64,000 nucleotides of DNA from Bacteroidales bacterium (lineage in GTDB: Bacteria > Bacteroidota > Bacteroidia > Bacteroidales > FEN-979). The position numbers were made by a program, and so were the translations under genes. Below the pieces are notes generated by a model. The model made no database searches. It was not told where the DNA came from and saw only the letters and a program-made list of their open reading frames with translations. Location: assembly GCA_025355465.1 (NCBI GenBank), contig JANXZO010000025.1, forward strand, positions 6,286 to 70,285, read 5' to 3'. Positions 29,117-37,519 of this stretch are shown piece by piece; position 1 is the first letter of the stretch; the number at the start of each line of letters is the position of its first letter.

Positions 29117-30286
29117 TTATTTCTTTACCTGCATTTCCGGTACTTTGAGTGTATCAGGCACCATAACAGGTTTCACCTGCATTCCCTCCTGAAATTTCTG
29201 GAAACCTTCGAGCATGATCCGGTCGCCGATTTTAAGTCCGTTAATTACAATGAACGTATTTCCGATGGCACGTCCGATGACGATCGGTATCCGGTTTACT
29301 TTATCATCCTTGTCGACAAGAAAAGCGAAGGTCTTTCCCTGGATCTGTGTTGTGGCCGTTTGAGGGATGATAATTCCGTTCTCCTCTTCAAAAAGGACCA
29401 GATTCACCTGGGCAAAATTTCCGGGTTTAACCAAACCCTCAGGATTTTTAAAAACTGCACGTAAAGCAATCGTTCCGGTTGCCGGATTAATTTCTCTGTC
29501 GAGGAAATCAATAGTCCCTGCATATCCGTAAAGCATTTTGTCCGACAAAGTCAGGTAAACCTGGAACACATCTTTCTTTTCACTGATCTGGGCTCTGTGT
29601 TCTTCCCAGTAGCGCATGATCTTCAGGTAGTCATTCTCGTTCATCTGGAAGTTCACATAGATCGGATCAACGGCAGATACCGTGGATAACAGGGTGGATT
29701 CACCTTTGCCAACAAGATTTCCCGGACGCACCAGACAGGCCCCGATATATCCTGTTATCGGCGATTCCATCACCGTGTAGGAGAGGTTGAGGCGGGCTGT
29801 GGCAAGGTTGGCCTGTGAGCTGGCAACCATGGCGCGGTCCTGCAGTTCCGTAGTCACCGCTTTGTCATAATCATTCTGACTTATTGCATTTGTCGAAAGC
29901 AGTGGCTTCAAACGGGCCACGTCAAGTTTCGCTTTTTCCCAGGCTGCGATCTTATTTTGCAGATCAGCCTCCGCGAAGTTTTTACTGTTGATATATTCGC
30001 TTTGTTCGATGGTAAACAGTTTCTGACCCTTCTGAACGATGGAACCCTCCTTGAATGACCAGTTTTCGAGGTAGCCTGCAACCCGTGCACGGATCTCGAT
30101 CGTTGGAATACCTGCAGCCTGACCCACCATTTCGAGATAGACGGGCACTTTGGTCCCTTTCAGTTGCATGACTTTCAGAGACGGGGGGGCTTGCTGCACG
30201 ACATTTTTCTGTTTGCAACCCTGGGTGAATAGAACTGCCATAAAGCCAGTGAGAACAATACTTAGGAGTCTTGTATTCATTTTCAT
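29117..30286 (-). CDS. RND efflux periplasmic adaptor (membrane fusion protein, AcrA/MexA-like)
   Basis: Lipobox TQGC. Contains the lipoyl/hairpin/beta-barrel segments typical of the HlyD_D23 family (RARVAGYLE...GQKLFTIE...ITGYIG). Confidence 0.9.
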   Translation of the reverse strand: MKMNTRLLSIVLTGFMAVLFTQGCKQKNVVQQAPPSLKVMQLKGTKVPVYLEMVGQAAGIPTIEIRARVAGYLENWSFKEGSIVQKGQKLFTIEQSEYINSKNFAEADLQNKIAAWEKAKLDVARLKPLLSTNAISQNDYDKAVTTELQDRAMVASSQANLATARLNLSYTVMESPITGYIGACLVRPGNLVGKGESTLLSTVSAVDPIYVNFQMNENDYLKIMRYWEEHRAQISEKKDVFQVYLTLSDKMLYGYAGTIDFLDREINPATGTIALRAVFKNPEGLVKPGNFAQVNLVLFEEENGIIIPQTATTQIQGKTFAFLVDKDDKVNRIPIVIGRAIGNTFIVINGLKIGDRIMLEGFQKFQEGMQVKPVMVPDTLKVPEMQVKK

Positions 30287-30326
30287 AAGGTGAAATTTTC
30301 AGTGAAAATTGAGAAGTTGTGTTGTC

Positions 30327-30334
30327 CAAATGTA
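30327..30334 (-). promoter_or_regulatory. Bacteroidota-type -7 promoter box for the efflux operon
   Basis: The minus strand reads TACATTTG (TAnnTTTG), 41 nt upstream of the adaptor gene start at 30286. Confidence 0.3.
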
Positions 30335-30447
30335 CATGAAAATCTCCGATTGACACACAGACGAATAAAAATCCAGTCCGCTGCTCAAGCGCTTTGCGTG
30401 CTCGAAGCACAATCGTATATTAGCGCATAATCAATAAATTTCAGCTT

Positions 30448-31652
30448 ATGATACGAGCATGCGGATTGGATGTACACAAAGATACGATTTTTTGTGCGAC
30501 ATACGATGGTAAAAACACGGCCCGGTAGTGGAGTACTCCACGCTTACCTCATCAATCATTGAGATGGGGAAAGATTTGCAGGGTAAAGGGGCAATAACAA
30601 TCGCCATGGAAAGCACGGGGATGTACTGGATTCCTGTGTGGAATATTTTAGAAGAGATGGGTTTTACCCTGGTTCTGGTAAACCCGTATCTGATCAAACA
30701 GATGCCGGGACGAAAAAGTGACGTGAAGGACGCCCAATGGATTGCAACCCTTTTGCATAAAGGATTGTTGCGAAGCAGCCTGACCCCCTGTAAGGAGATA
30801 CGGGAACTGCGAACCTACAGTCGACGTTATGTTAAGTTGCAGCAGCGCCAAACATCAGTATTACAGGATATGGAACGAACCCTTGAGATGTGTAGCATCC
30901 GGATCACAAGTTTTGTCAGTAACATATCGGGAAAAAGTGTGTTGAAGGTAATTGAGCAAATCATTCAAGGAGAAACAGATCCCGATGTATTGGTTACATG
31001 CATCCATGGGCGGATCGTGAACACACATACAAAACAAAAAGTCGGGCAATCGCTTGAAGGCTTTATCACAGAGCATCACAGGTTCATGCTGGAGTTGTCT
31101 CTTCAGGAATATGAGTTGTTGATAAGGCAATCAACGATGTGCCTGTCAAAGATGGAGTGCCTGTGCAATGAACATTACGCAAAAGAAATGAAATTACTGA
31201 TGACCATTCCCGGCATAAGTAATATCTCAGCCATGATTGTGTTAGCCGAAACGGGAGCAGATATGAAGGCCTTTGAGAACAGTGGGAAATTTTCCGGATG
31301 GACAGGACTGCGTCCAAGAAATGATGAAAGCGCCGGGAAATACAAGAGCACCGCGACCACCAAAGGAAATCGTTTTTTGCGGGACGTGCTGGTTCAGATT
31401 GCATGGGCGGCATCCCGTACTAAAGGGACCTATTTCAAAGAAAAGTTTAACAGGCTGGCCATGCGAAAGTCAAGAAAAAAAGCATTGATTGCCATTGCAA
31501 GAAAAATTGGGGTACTGATCTGGAATGTCCTTGCTTATGAACAACCATATAACCCTCAAAAGCTTATCATACTTGACCCGGGAAAAGTACAGGCGAAAAT
31601 AACGTACCATCAGAAAGGATGGGAACGCCTGCAACTACTGTTACGAAACTAA
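30448..31652 (+). mobile_element. IS110-family (DEDD) transposase gene split by a frameshift near codon 26; the element ends are not defined
   Basis: Frame 1 gives MIRACGLDVHKDTIFCATYDGKNTAR then TAG (30526-30528); this carries the first catalytic D (GLDVHKD). The rest of the protein (AMESTGMYWIPVW...TIPGISNISAMIVLAETG...LRPRNDESAGK...GNRFLRDVLVQIAWAA) is in the -1 frame, which is open from 30513. Confidence 0.8.
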
Positions 31653-31939
31653 CGCGTAAAGGCCGGTTATCTTTGTGGTGGCTCATAACCCCGTTTTCAA
31701 ATTGGCCTACGCAACTTGTCCTGAAAAGGACTTTAAGAACACAGACATGAGTTAATACTGATCTCACGATCAGTCAAACTCGCAGGTGAAACTCGCATTC
31801 AAAGGCGATTACAACTTGGAAAGGATTTATAGGAGAAAGATAAAAAGAAATGTTAATTTCAAAACAGATAAGAGCAATTCAGGCAGAAAAACTCCGTTGA
31901 GATTTTTGTAATTTCGCCGCCCGCAATATTTCTCCCCTG

Positions 31940-34522
31940 ATGAAGATGCCAATCCTACTGAAACTAATCATTATTCTACTTTGTATTGCATCACCTTTCT
32001 CCTCCTTTGCGCAACAGGTGGTCTTCTCCAATGACCAGGTAAATCATTACAGGATTGTTTACAACACCGGCGGAGTGAAGCAATTAATTCCCGGCAATAT
32101 GATGTTGCGGGAAATTGCGAAAGATATTTTGAAGGAGCCCCGGATGGTTAAGCTCGACCTTTCCTTCCGGATGAAGATCCAGGTGACCCGGGATGAAGCC
32201 GGCAACCGTTTGAAAATATTTATTCTGGACCCGGCTGTTAAGGGCGATACATGGTACCGGACCTTCCCGGTTCAGGATGTCCTTATACCGAACCGTATTC
32301 AACTGGAGATAAAGTGGGCTGCCAGAGCCGATACCTCCGCTTTTACCAATACCGTTTTTCGCAACCAGAAGATTGGCGTGGCCGACACCATGGTGGTGGA
32401 TGGCGCGATCCCGGCCTTTGATCCCGCGTCGGATACGCTGATGGTGCGTAACGTGGTTCTGTTTTACGACAGCCTCGCCCTGGCCGGATTTATGAACCGG
32501 CTGTGGCTCATCAACGATTATTATGCATCGCTGGCAGTTATCGATTCGTTAAATGCGTTGGTAAAGTTGATAAAACCGGATGACATTGCCCGTCTGCCGT
32601 TGACTTTCATGCAGGTACAGGAGATCGATAAGGCGGTGGCAATCATTGAAGGCAGGAATTTTGGTGAGATGCTTCTTCGTGGTGGTTACGACCCGAAAGG
32701 ATTTTCTGAAAAGTTTATTCCCATGTTTAAATATGCCCGAAGTGTCAATTTTACCTTTCGGGAGGAGTTGTTGAAATCGGGTGCAATCCCCTGGAACGGG
32801 AATCTGGATGAACTCGCCGGTTATTTTACCGGCCGTCAGCTCTCCTACGTGAGGCGGGCACAGCTCATGGATGCCATTCATGGAAAAATTTACCGCGATT
32901 ACATCGACCACTGGTTCTCCTCCAATTCTTTCGGGGATGACCTTTCAATTGCCGCGACCCTGCTGTCGAAGATGTATCCGGATGTCAGGGGCGACACACT
33001 CATGGCCTATCTGTCAAAAAAGATATACATGTCTTATGAGCAAACCTCGCTCCACCTGATGGAGGAAGGACGATATGCCGATGCCTTTTCATTGATGGAA
33101 AATGCGATACTTTTCAGGAAAAGCAATCCCTTTTTTACAAACGGATCGGACGAAGACCGGATCATGAAACTGGCGGCCGGCGGGATCTACTCCTCCTATG
33201 CCGGAATTGCCGCCAGCTGTCTTGAAGCCGGGAAATTGACCATGGCCGATGATTATCTTTACAAAGCCAGGCAATTTCGCACTGAACGATCCACATTTAT
33301 CACCAGTGATTCGCTTTACGAGGCTGTTTTCAGTCGCCTGTTTTTTATGCGGAATGCAGGCTGCGACCAGATCCTTGAACAAGCGCGTTATGCTGAGGCG
33401 CTGGATTGTTACCGTTTTCTGGAAGTGACTTATGATAAGCAGAGTCTGATGTCTGTTAAATCGGAACTTGATGCTAAAATCGACCGGTGCCAGCGTGGTG
33501 TATTTTACCAGCTCCTGCATGATACCGAGGAGTTCCTGAGACGAGATGAAGTTGATTCTGCATTTGCCCGTTACGAGGCAGCCATCAAACTGCAAGGTCA
33601 GCTAAGTTCAGGTTCTGTCGATCGCGGGGCGGAGACGGTTCTCGATTCGCTTGCGCCCGTTTTCGCCCGAATTGGATACCACAGGCTTTTTATTTCCGGT
33701 TCCGTTGCGCTTGAGCAGCGACAATTCACCCTTGCACTTGCACAATTCGATGAAGCGCGCGCACTTTCGCAAAAATACGGAATGGCGTCAGATCCTGATA
33801 TGGATGTACAATATTACCGGGCGTTGAAACAGAACCTGTTGATCAGGCTGACTTCGAACCAGAAAATGATATGGAACAATCAGTTCGACAATGCTGGAGC
33901 CTTTCTTTACGAAATCCGGAATGCCGCTATCCAATATGGGCTGGATAATGACGGCGACGTCGTTTATGCAATTGATAAGTACAGTCAAAAAATTGCTGAG
34001 CAACGGTGCAGGAATCTGAATGATTCTGTCGAGGTCAGGATAATTGCCTCCGGTCGCAGCATCGCCCTGAAGAATTATATTCTGGCACTGAGGTTTCTGC
34101 GGGAAGCCGTCACGCTTACCGTTTCATCCAATGAATGCCGGTATCCGGTTAAGCCGGTCCTTGATACCATAAGACAATACGAAAAGCCTGCAGAATATCA
34201 GCAGAAAGTTCTGGATGCCACAACTCATTCTGCCATGGGAGAATACCTTACGGTGGTTACGGAAATGGAAGAGGCATGTGCTGTTTACCGGACGAACCAC
34301 CTCGAACGATACTTTCCGGAACCGGTTTCTGTGTACGATTTTATCTGGCAGCGTAACAACGTACTGCTAACCGAAACAGCCTTTCATTATTATAAGAACA
34401 CCGATCATAAAACTGCTCTGCGTTACTTGCAATTGCTCGGTGATCAGGGTTTCCCCGAAAAGCGGTTGACGGAATTAAAGAAGCAGCTTGGCAGTCCGGC
34501 CAATGGAAATCCGCTAAAATAA
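31940..34522 (+). CDS. Large secreted protein of unknown function (860 aa, mostly helical)
   Basis: Signal peptide MKMPILLKLIIILLCIASPFSSFAQQ. The long C-terminal region has helical-repeat (TPR-like) character. No catalytic or DNA-binding motif was recognised. Confidence 0.55.
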   Translation: MKMPILLKLIIILLCIASPFSSFAQQVVFSNDQVNHYRIVYNTGGVKQLIPGNMMLREIAKDILKEPRMVKLDLSFRMKIQVTRDEAGNRLKIFILDPAVKGDTWYRTFPVQDVLIPNRIQLEIKWAARADTSAFTNTVFRNQKIGVADTMVVDGAIPAFDPASDTLMVRNVVLFYDSLALAGFMNRLWLINDYYASLAVIDSLNALVKLIKPDDIARLPLTFMQVQEIDKAVAIIEGRNFGEMLLRGGYDPKGFSEKFIPMFKYARSVNFTFREELLKSGAIPWNGNLDELAGYFTGRQLSYVRRAQLMDAIHGKIYRDYIDHWFSSNSFGDDLSIAATLLSKMYPDVRGDTLMAYLSKKIYMSYEQTSLHLMEEGRYADAFSLMENAILFRKSNPFFTNGSDEDRIMKLAAGGIYSSYAGIAASCLEAGKLTMADDYLYKARQFRTERSTFITSDSLYEAVFSRLFFMRNAGCDQILEQARYAEALDCYRFLEVTYDKQSLMSVKSELDAKIDRCQRGVFYQLLHDTEEFLRRDEVDSAFARYEAAIKLQGQLSSGSVDRGAETVLDSLAPVFARIGYHRLFISGSVALEQRQFTLALAQFDEARALSQKYGMASDPDMDVQYYRALKQNLLIRLTSNQKMIWNNQFDNAGAFLYEIRNAAIQYGLDNDGDVVYAIDKYSQKIAEQRCRNLNDSVEVRIIASGRSIALKNYILALRFLREAVTLTVSSNECRYPVKPVLDTIRQYEKPAEYQQKVLDATTHSAMGEYLTVVTEMEEACAVYRTNHLERYFPEPVSVYDFIWQRNNVLLTETAFHYYKNTDHKTALRYLQLLGDQGFPEKRLTELKKQLGSPANGNPLK

Positions 34523-34528
34523 AGCCAT

Positions 34529-37375
34529 TCAATAAACAATAAGTTTACCACGCTCCTTCATGGATCCTGCCTCCAGCAGATAAAAGTAGACACCCGGACC
34601 GGCCGGTGAAGTTCCACGCTGATCAGCGGTTACTGTGTGAAAGCCTGGATTCAGTTTTGCCTCTTTCACAGTATTGACAAGTTGTCCATGGCTGTTGAAT
34701 ATCCTGATTGACAGTCCGGAGGTTTCCTTCAAGTTCAATTCGAAATGGAAAATTCCCGAAGAGGGGTTAGGATAAACAAAAATATTTCCTTCCGCAGGCC
34801 TACCGGTGACCTCACTGATGGCCGTATATCGTGGTTTGGGCAGTCTCTTTGATGTATAGAGACGATACTCTCCGGGATGAAACGTAACAGGTGCATCAAC
34901 ATTGGAAACATTCAGGGAATCGCCGCTGAAAAATTCATACCACATGCCTGTCCTGGTAAAGCCGGGAATTACATCCTGGTTTATCACATCGAAGTTGCCG
35001 AGTACATTCACATCCATGGTGCTGTGCCGCAGGAAAATCCGCTTAACGGCATTCGCCGCATCGATGGTAAAGTCGGTTGTGGCAAAGGCAGGTTCTGTGG
35101 TCTTAAGTCCGGCCAGTGCGGAGAAGATTATATTTACATAGTGGCGGCGCCATTCATTGGTGTAATAATCCCAACGGATTGGCTTGGGCGCCAGTCTCGA
35201 AGCAGAGGTTCCCGAGGGATAGTTAATGGAGTAATCATAACCCAGTTCGCCGAATTGCCAGATCATTTTTGGCCCTGGTATGGTAAAAAAGAAGGTGGCG
35301 GCCAGCTCCATGCGATGCAAGGCTGTTGCAGTATCCATGGCCGAGTAAGGAGGTGCGGTGGCATTTCCCCAGGTTTCGTTTTTATACATCGTACGCTCCT
35401 CGTCATGGCTCTCCATATAGGCAACCACATTGGGATTACTCCATCCGCGTTGTTTGTAGGATGCCCAGGAAAAGTCAGACTTGCCGTTGGAGTTATAACC
35501 CATGGCCCCCTCTTGGTAAGGACCGGTCAGGTTTCCCCAAAGCAGCATATCGCTGGCGGCAAGTACAGTCTCCTCCGAATTGTCGGCAAAATGCTCGAGA
35601 ATCATGTAGCCATCGGGTTTTACGTAGTGGAGCACATTGGCGTAGTTTTTCAGGATCGAGATTCGTCCGGCATCGTAATTGCCCCAAAGGCCAACATTAT
35701 TGGGATAGGAGTTGGTCTGCGTAAAACCCTTGGAGAGGTCGAAGCGGTATCCATCCACATGAAACTCCTGAATCCAGTATTTGATCAGACGTTCCATGTA
35801 TGTGCGTGTCTGAAAACTTTCATGGTTGAAATCATAGCCGACATTATAGGGATGCCTGGGTATCTGGTTGAACCATGGGTTATTTGGTGCGGGCTGATGG
35901 GAAGTTGAGTTCCAGTATAATTTTACAAGGGGTGATTGTCCGAAATGGTGGTTGCAGACAATGTCGAGGATAACGGCAATCCCCCGGGCGTGAGCCGCTT
36001 CGACAAACTGCTTCAGTCCGTTCTTTGTGCCATAATATTTATCAACGGCAAATGAGTAATCGGGGTTGTAACCCCAGCTATTGTTGCCCTCAAATTCCAT
36101 TACAGGCATCAGCTCAATGGCATTAACACCCAGTCGTTTCAGGTAATCGAGTGTGTCGATCAGCGAAGGATAATCATGCTGCACGGTAAAGTCCCTGATC
36201 AGGAGCTCATAAATAAAGAGATTTGTCACCGCCGGGGCATGAAAAACAGCTGTGTCCCATGGGTAGGGATCCTGGCCGGGCTGCAGAAAGGTCGCAATTC
36301 CGTTTGCTTTTCCGGTTGGATAGGGCTTCAGGTTGGGATAGGTTTCCGGCGAAATATATTTGTCGTCGGGATCGCTGACCTTGTCTGCATAAGGATCACC
36401 AATGTAAATTGAGCCATCCACTAAATACTGGAAAATATATTCCTGTTTCGGGACCAGGTTTTTCAATGGCAGCCAGAACCGGTTTCCATCTGGGGTTACA
36501 TTCATGTACCCGGAGGAGTCGATGGTCCAGCTGTTGAAATCTCCGACTACAAATACATTTGCTTTTCCGGGGGCGTAAAGGCAAAGTGTGACTGACGCAC
36601 TGTCGGTGTAATTTATCCCTTCATGAATTCCCGCAGGAAGAGGTACTATCGGCGGCCCGGGGATGACAGTGTAAGAAAATGAATCGGCTACACTTCCGGT
36701 ATTGTTTATCGCCACGATCTTAACCCACTGTTTTACCCAGTCAGTGCCGAAGTTATTGGCTGTAACTGTATCTGTAATATTCTGGCCAACTACGCTTTTC
36801 ACGGTTGTCCCATTCACCTGGATCTTCATACTGTCGGCCAGTGGACTCATCGCGACAACGGGAATCGGGTCATTTAGTTTTGGGAACAGGGCCCTCTTTG
36901 CGGGATTTACGATGTTCACACTGAAGGTATTGGAATAGACATCAACATAAATATCAGATCCGTCGGAATTTCGTCCCACTTTACTGCCATCTGAGTTTCG
37001 GAATACAAAAGCCATCTTTTCGATCTGTTCGTAAGCAGGAACTGAATAATAGCCCCTGATCGATGGCTTTATTTTCAACTGGTATTTGTTGTTGCCGAGG
37101 GGTGTCATCAGTGCCTTGGGCAGGTTTTCACTCCATCCGGCCACAACGTATTTCCAATCAGTAAGGGAGGTGCTCAGGTTGGTAATCACGCCGGTATGAG
37201 CGTATATGGGAGGTGTCACGTTTTTCAATTCGCCATTGCCGAGTGCTGCATCATAGATGAGTGTGCAGGAATCATCGTCATTAGGAGTGGCAGGGTTGAC
37301 CTGGATAACCTGAGCACTCCCGGTCGATGCCAGGAATAACATTGCGGCAGAGAGAATGAGAAAAATCGTTTTCAT
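34529..37375 (-). CDS. GH13 alpha-amylase-family enzyme with N-terminal Ig-like/CBM modules and a T9SS type-A C-terminal sorting domain
   Basis: GH13 conserved regions GIAVILDIVCNHH, VDGYRFDLSKG, MILEHF and AYMESHDEE. The C-terminus VYPNPSSGIFHFELN...LSIRIFNSHGQLV...GVYFYLLEAG...GKLIVY is a Por-secretion-tail pattern. Confidence 0.9.
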   Translation of the reverse strand: MKTIFLILSAAMLFLASTGSAQVIQVNPATPNDDDSCTLIYDAALGNGELKNVTPPIYAHTGVITNLSTSLTDWKYVVAGWSENLPKALMTPLGNNKYQLKIKPSIRGYYSVPAYEQIEKMAFVFRNSDGSKVGRNSDGSDIYVDVYSNTFSVNIVNPAKRALFPKLNDPIPVVAMSPLADSMKIQVNGTTVKSVVGQNITDTVTANNFGTDWVKQWVKIVAINNTGSVADSFSYTVIPGPPIVPLPAGIHEGINYTDSASVTLCLYAPGKANVFVVGDFNSWTIDSSGYMNVTPDGNRFWLPLKNLVPKQEYIFQYLVDGSIYIGDPYADKVSDPDDKYISPETYPNLKPYPTGKANGIATFLQPGQDPYPWDTAVFHAPAVTNLFIYELLIRDFTVQHDYPSLIDTLDYLKRLGVNAIELMPVMEFEGNNSWGYNPDYSFAVDKYYGTKNGLKQFVEAAHARGIAVILDIVCNHHFGQSPLVKLYWNSTSHQPAPNNPWFNQIPRHPYNVGYDFNHESFQTRTYMERLIKYWIQEFHVDGYRFDLSKGFTQTNSYPNNVGLWGNYDAGRISILKNYANVLHYVKPDGYMILEHFADNSEETVLAASDMLLWGNLTGPYQEGAMGYNSNGKSDFSWASYKQRGWSNPNVVAYMESHDEERTMYKNETWGNATAPPYSAMDTATALHRMELAATFFFTIPGPKMIWQFGELGYDYSINYPSGTSASRLAPKPIRWDYYTNEWRRHYVNIIFSALAGLKTTEPAFATTDFTIDAANAVKRIFLRHSTMDVNVLGNFDVINQDVIPGFTRTGMWYEFFSGDSLNVSNVDAPVTFHPGEYRLYTSKRLPKPRYTAISEVTGRPAEGNIFVYPNPSSGIFHFELNLKETSGLSIRIFNSHGQLVNTVKEAKLNPGFHTVTADQRGTSPAGPGVYFYLLEAGSMKERGKLIVY

Positions 37376-37396
37376 CAGGGTGGTTGTTGGTAATTA

Positions 37397-37404
37397 CAAA
37401 GGTA
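37397..37404 (-). promoter_or_regulatory. Bacteroidota-type -7 promoter box for the T9SS-tailed GH13 gene
   Basis: The minus strand reads TACCTTTG (TAnnTTTG), 22 nt upstream of the start at 37375. Confidence 0.3.
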
Positions 37405-37444
37405 CTAAAAAGGAGGCCCCTTTGGGCAATCATTCCGGGGCATG

Positions 37445-37476
37445 AAAAAAGGGTGTCTCAAATTATTGAGACACCC
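37445..37476 (-). terminator. Rho-independent terminator after the SusF-like gene
   Basis: Perfect 11-bp stem gggtgtctcaa (37451-37461) / ttgagacaccc (37466-37476) with a 4-nt loop. On the minus strand it is followed by TTTTTT. A second 8-bp hairpin lies at 37486-37507. Confidence 0.7.
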
Positions 37477-37519
37477 TTTCCGGTTGTTCTGTACCTGAAT
37501 ACAGAACGGGTTGTTAAGC

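Noticed and set aside
30511-30528. Programmed -1 ribosomal frameshift in the IS110 transposase at the ggtaaaaac run.
   Set aside because: The A5 run does not form a canonical X-XXY-YYZ slippery heptamer. I saw no obvious downstream stimulatory structure. Programmed frameshifting is a feature of IS1/IS3-type elements, not IS110. An indel or a sequencing error is more likely.
34877-35908. Long antisense ORFs opposite well-supported genes. They are 343 aa (34877-35908), 316 aa (62929-63879), 218 aa (27357-28013), 183 aa (18821-19372), 183 aa (14378-14929), 174 aa (52496-53020) and 180 aa (4729-5271).
   Set aside because: Each lies entirely inside a gene with strong family motifs on the other strand. 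Their translations are low-complexity or Arg/Gly/Pro-rich, with no recognisable domain. They are typical shadow ORFs.
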